DNA of 63,058 bases from Brachymonas sp. (GTDB lineage Bacteria; Pseudomonadota; Gammaproteobacteria; Burkholderiales; Burkholderiaceae_C): contig JAGONG010000003.1 in assembly GCA_017993135.1 (NCBI GenBank), positions 1-63,058 on the forward strand, read 5' to 3'. Positions 59,513 to 63,058 of this stretch are shown here, one piece after another. How positions within the stretch are numbered: position 1 is the stretch's first letter; each line of letters begins with the position of its first letter. The notes below the pieces were generated by a model that saw only the letters and a list, made by a program, of their open reading frames with translations, did not search any database and was not told where the DNA came from. The position numbers and the translations under genes were made by a program.

Positions 59513-62500
59513 TTACCACTGGTAACCGACGCCAACGGTAGCACCCGCATAGCCACGGTTATTCACGTTTACGCTGCCCTTGAACACCCACTTGCCATTT
59601 TCGGTAATGGTGGATATACCAATAGCCTGCGCAGTAGCGCCTTTGTACACACTGCCAGCAGCGGCAATCATGCTCTTGCCAGGTGTGTATGCCTGCGGCA
59701 GACCAGCCGTAGCCATAGCGCTGGCAGCGCCTGCGTTGGCATCGGCACTTACCTGTCCAATTTGCTGTTGCAGCGCATTGAGGCCTTCTTTGTTTCCATT
59801 GATTGCAGCTTCCAGTTGTTTTTTGTTAACTGCATCACCTGGATTCACGCCATCGCCTACATTGGTAATTTGTTTGTTGCCAGCATCAATGCCATTGTCC
59901 TTGTCCAGCACCACATCACCCACTGTCACCTTGTCAAAGTTGACATTTTTATTGGTTGCTATGGTGAACTTCATGCCATCTTGCGTCAAGGCAATGTTGT
60001 CACCTGCTACATAGGTCATTGTGCTTCCAGATTTGACTGCTGTTGTCGCAGTGCCACTCACTGTACCTGAGCCAGTTGCTGCACTGGTGACCTTAAAGCC
60101 CTGATTCAAGGCCTCAATGGCTGAGCCTACATCGTTTACTACTTTAGCATTACCATTAGCGTCTGTAACATTGTACACAGGCGCTGTAAATGTATTGCTG
60201 GCTGAGTCAAATTTGGCACCACCGCCCAATGCGGCTGTATTGCCTGCAACCTGTGTATTGGTGCTGTACAACTGGCCGCCAGTGACTGCGTCTTTGCTAT
60301 TGGCTGCAACTGCGCCATCTGCTACGTTGGTGATTTTGTTGCCACCGTTGTTCAGGCCATCCGCTGTCAGGCTGACTGTTTTGGCCGGGTCGGCATTTTT
60401 GATGGTGACGCCAGTTGTGTCCATCTTGGTGGCGCCTGTAGTCACGCTGGTCAACTCAATATCATCCTTCACAGCCACGGTGTATTCTTTTCCACCGTCT
60501 GCATTGGTTCCCTCCGTTACTGTTACGTTTTGGCCTGCAACAACTGTGGTGTGCTTTTTAGCCGCATCTGCAGCCTCACCAGCCTTATCGTAGGCAGCTT
60601 TGACTGCTTCATCGATTGTGCCTTTACCAGTTCCACCTATGTTGGACATGGTCAATTTACCATCAGCGCCTAACGCAGCATTGCCACCCAGTATGGTTTT
60701 AACGCTATCGGCTGTGCCATACAACTGGCCGCCAGTGACTGCGTCTTTGCTGTCGGCTGCAACTGTGCCATCTGCTACGTTGGTGATGGCTTTGCTGCCC
60801 GCATTAATACCTGTTGTGGTAACGCTCGGGCCGCCTGTGATGGTTAGACCGTCGTTGTTGATGGTGGTGGCGCCTGTGCTGACGCTGTCGGCTTTCAGGT
60901 CTTTGGCCATGGCTACCAGTATGTTGCCGCTGGCATCGACCGAGGTCATGATGTTTTTGCCTGCGTCAAACTTGTCTGCGTCTGTATTTGCAGCTGCTCC
61001 TTTAACGCTGATTGTGCTGCCCAATGCAGCTGTGTGGACTGTGCCGTTATTGGCTGTAAATTTCAGGCCTTTGCTGGTTAAGCCTGCTACTTGGTTGTTT
61101 AAGTCGCCTGCGTTTACGGCTTTGTAGGCGTTATTTACGTCGCTTATGCTGCCCGCAGAGGCTACGTTGTTCAGCGCTGTGCCGCCTGACATGTCTGTGA
61201 ATGTGCCGTTAGCGTTTTTAGTTACAGCTGTGCCTGTAGTGCCTGCCAGTGTGACGCTATTTTTGTTGATTCCGCCGCCTGCTTTCGCATCGTATTGCAC
61301 TGCTGCATCAGCCGTTGCTTTGGCTGCGTCATGCACTGCCTGAAGCTGGTCTTCGGTTGCTGCACGGCCAGTGGTGGCTGTGCCATTCCATGTGGTGTTG
61401 CTCAGGCCTGTGATTACGCCTGTGGCTGCATCAACTGTGATGGGTTTGGCTCCAGTGCTGCCAATTTGCAGTTGGTTCGCACCTGTGCTGCTCAATTGGG
61501 TTTGTGCGCCCGTTGCGCCTACTGTGACGCTGTTGGCTTTGAGGTCTTTGGCCATGGCTACCAGTATGTTGCCGCTGGCATCGACCGAGGTCATGATGTT
61601 TTTGCCTGCGTCAAACTTGTCTGCGTCTGTATTTGCAGCTGCTCCTTTAACGCTGATTGTGCTGCCCAATGCAGCTGTGTGGACTGTGCCGTTATTGGCT
61701 GTAAATTTCAGGCCTTTGCTGGTTAAGCCTGCTACTTGGTTGTTTAAGTCGCCTGCGTTTACGGCTTTGTAGGCGTTATTTACGTCGCTTATGCTGCCCG
61801 CAGAGGCTACGTTGTTCAGCGCTGTGCCGCCTGACATGTCTGTGAATGTGCCGTTAGCGTTTTTAGTTACAGCTGTGCCTGTAGTGCCTGCCAGTGTGAC
61901 GCTATTTTTGTTGATTCCGCCGCCTGCTTTCGCATCGTATTGCACTGCTGCATCAGCCGTTGCTTTGGCTGCGTCATGCACTGCCTGAAGCTGGTCTTCG
62001 GTTGCTGCACGGCCAGTGGTGGCTGTGCCATTCCATGTGGTGTTGCTCAGGCCTGTGATTACGCCTGTGGCTGCATCAACTGTGATGGGTTTGGCTCCAG
62101 TGCTGCCAATTTGCAGTTGGTTCGCACCTGTGCTGCTCAATTGGGTTTGTGCGCCCGTTGCGCCTACTGTGACGCTGGCAAATTCGGGCGTTTCAGCCAT
62201 CTGGATTTCCAGTTCGCCAGTAGCGTTGATTACAGTCTTGATGTTTTTGGCGCTGGTTGTGCCCGCACCAGTATGACCACCAACTACGCTGACTGTGTTA
62301 TTGAGTTTTTTAGTGACGGTACTGTTATCTTGCGCCTTCAGGCCAAAGGTGGCTGTATCCAGCAATCCATCTGTGCCGTGGATGGCGTTGTAGACGTCTG
62401 CGCCTGTGGCTGCATTGCTGTTGGTCGCATTCAGTGTGCCTGCGCTGCCTACGTTGGTGATTGTGTTGCCGCCGTTGTCCAAGCCAGCCGTTGTCAGGCT

Positions 62501-63058
62501 GACTGCGTTGCCAACTGCAGGGGTGATGGTGATGCCGCTGCCGTTGGTGACGGTTTTGTTGCCCGCTGTATCAGTGGTGGTGACGCTGGTCAGGCCTGTG
62601 AGTTCAGTGTTGAGTTTGACTTGCAAGCCCGTGCCTGCTGCTTCGGTGGTGATGTTGCTATCACCTGTAATGGCCAGTGTTTCGCCCAGTTTGATGGCAT
62701 CGCTCGTGCTGCTATTGTCGCCCGTGAAGGTGAGTCCTTTCTTGGCTACGACATCGGCTGCTTCTGCACCTGCGACTATGTCAGTCTTGGTTTGAGCGGA
62801 CAAGTCTACGTTGTATTTGGTGACGTTGCTAGCATCCTTGGAGCCAGGCGTAACAGTGACGTAGGTTGAGCCTGCCTCTACGCTGGTAGCGTCGGCGTTG
62901 ACGGTGTAGATGTCTTCCCCTGTCCCTCCTACTGTTTTGGTTACGCTGGCAACGTTGGTGCCTGCGGCAACTACGCTCTTGCTGGCTGACCCAGCCACTA
63001 CCGCTTGCAATTGCGCAAAGTTGACCGCATCAGTGCTGTTTGTGCCTGCTGCTACGTT
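59513..63058 (-). CDS. Trimeric autotransporter adhesin (YadA/Hia-like), 5' end outside the window
   Basis: Neck motifs (ITNVADG...DAV), C-terminal anchor AGAASAMA.AGLPQ...GVGYQW; frame stays open to the window edge. Confidence 0.95.
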   Translation of the reverse strand, partial: NVAAGTNSTDAVNFAQLQAVVAGSASKSVVAAGTNVASVTKTVGGTGEDIYTVNADATSVEAGSTYVTVTPGSKDASNVTKYNVDLSAQTKTDIVAGAEAADVVAKKGLTFTGDNSSTSDAIKLGETLAITGDSNITTEAAGTGLQVKLNTELTGLTSVTTTDTAGNKTVTNGSGITITPAVGNAVSLTTAGLDNGGNTITNVGSAGTLNATNSNAATGADVYNAIHGTDGLLDTATFGLKAQDNSTVTKKLNNTVSVVGGHTGAGTTSAKNIKTVINATGELEIQMAETPEFASVTVGATGAQTQLSSTGANQLQIGSTGAKPITVDAATGVITGLSNTTWNGTATTGRAATEDQLQAVHDAAKATADAAVQYDAKAGGGINKNSVTLAGTTGTAVTKNANGTFTDMSGGTALNNVASAGSISDVNNAYKAVNAGDLNNQVAGLTSKGLKFTANNGTVHTAALGSTISVKGAAANTDADKFDAGKNIMTSVDASGNILVAMAKDLKANSVTVGATGAQTQLSSTGANQLQIGSTGAKPITVDAATGVITGLSNTTWNGTATTGRAATEDQLQAVHDAAKATADAAVQYDAKAGGGINKNSVTLAGTTGTAVTKNANGTFTDMSGGTALNNVASAGSISDVNNAYKAVNAGDLNNQVAGLTSKGLKFTANNGTVHTAALGSTISVKGAAANTDADKFDAGKNIMTSVDASGNILVAMAKDLKADSVSTGATTINNDGLTITGGPSVTTTGINAGSKAITNVADGTVAADSKDAVTGGQLYGTADSVKTILGGNAALGADGKLTMSNIGGTGKGTIDEAVKAAYDKAGEAADAAKKHTTVVAGQNVTVTEGTNADGGKEYTVAVKDDIELTSVTTGATKMDTTGVTIKNADPAKTVSLTADGLNNGGNKITNVADGAVAANSKDAVTGGQLYSTNTQVAGNTAALGGGAKFDSASNTFTAPVYNVTDANGNAKVVNDVGSAIEALNQGFKVTSAATGSGTVSGTATTAVKSGSTMTYVAGDNIALTQDGMKFTIATNKNVNFDKVTVGDVVLDKDNGIDAGNKQITNVGDGVNPGDAVNKKQLEAAINGNKEGLNALQQQIGQVSADANAGAASAMATAGLPQAYTPGKSMIAAAGSVYKGATAQAIGISTITENGKWVFKGSVNVNNRGYAGATVGVGYQW
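60888..62177. repeat. Two near-identical 645-bp tandem units inside the adhesin
   Basis: Units 60888-61532 and 61533-62177; 215-aa repeat in the translation. Confidence 0.95.

Noticed and set aside
60888-62177. Adhesin repeat as a DGR template/variable pair
   Set aside because: In-frame tandem copies with no adenine-specific divergence and no reverse transcriptase in the window

Overview
Chromosomal window from a betaproteobacterium, probably Comamonadaceae-like (inferred from protein sequences and gene order). It is mostly housekeeping: lpxD-fabZ-lpxA-lpxB, yciB-PPIase, rpsB-tsf-pyrH-frr-uppS-cdsA-dxr-rseP-bamA-skp, ppc, part of a cobalamin operon, pilBCD-coaE-zapD-yacG-nadB, rfbBA, greA, ygfZ, mltG-tmk-holB-pilZ-tatD-ankyrin, a ClC channel and rlmB, ending in a partial trimeric autotransporter. 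Main items of interest: (1) a 28-bp dif/Xer site at 57272-57299 beside a truncated XafT/VC1465-like HTH gene, with KOPS motifs pointing towards it and apparently reversed local strand skew; (2) a regulated ceramidase-like hydrolase + Aas + LplT-acyltransferase cassette, a candidate host-lipid salvage system; (3) a three-gene ABC exporter module inside the cobalamin operon; (4) an adhesin with a 645-bp tandem duplication and a BamE-only partner lipoprotein; (5) three families of small intergenic repeats. No rRNA, tRNA, CRISPR array or intact transposase was seen. All calls come from motif recognition and by-eye inspection; no searches were run.
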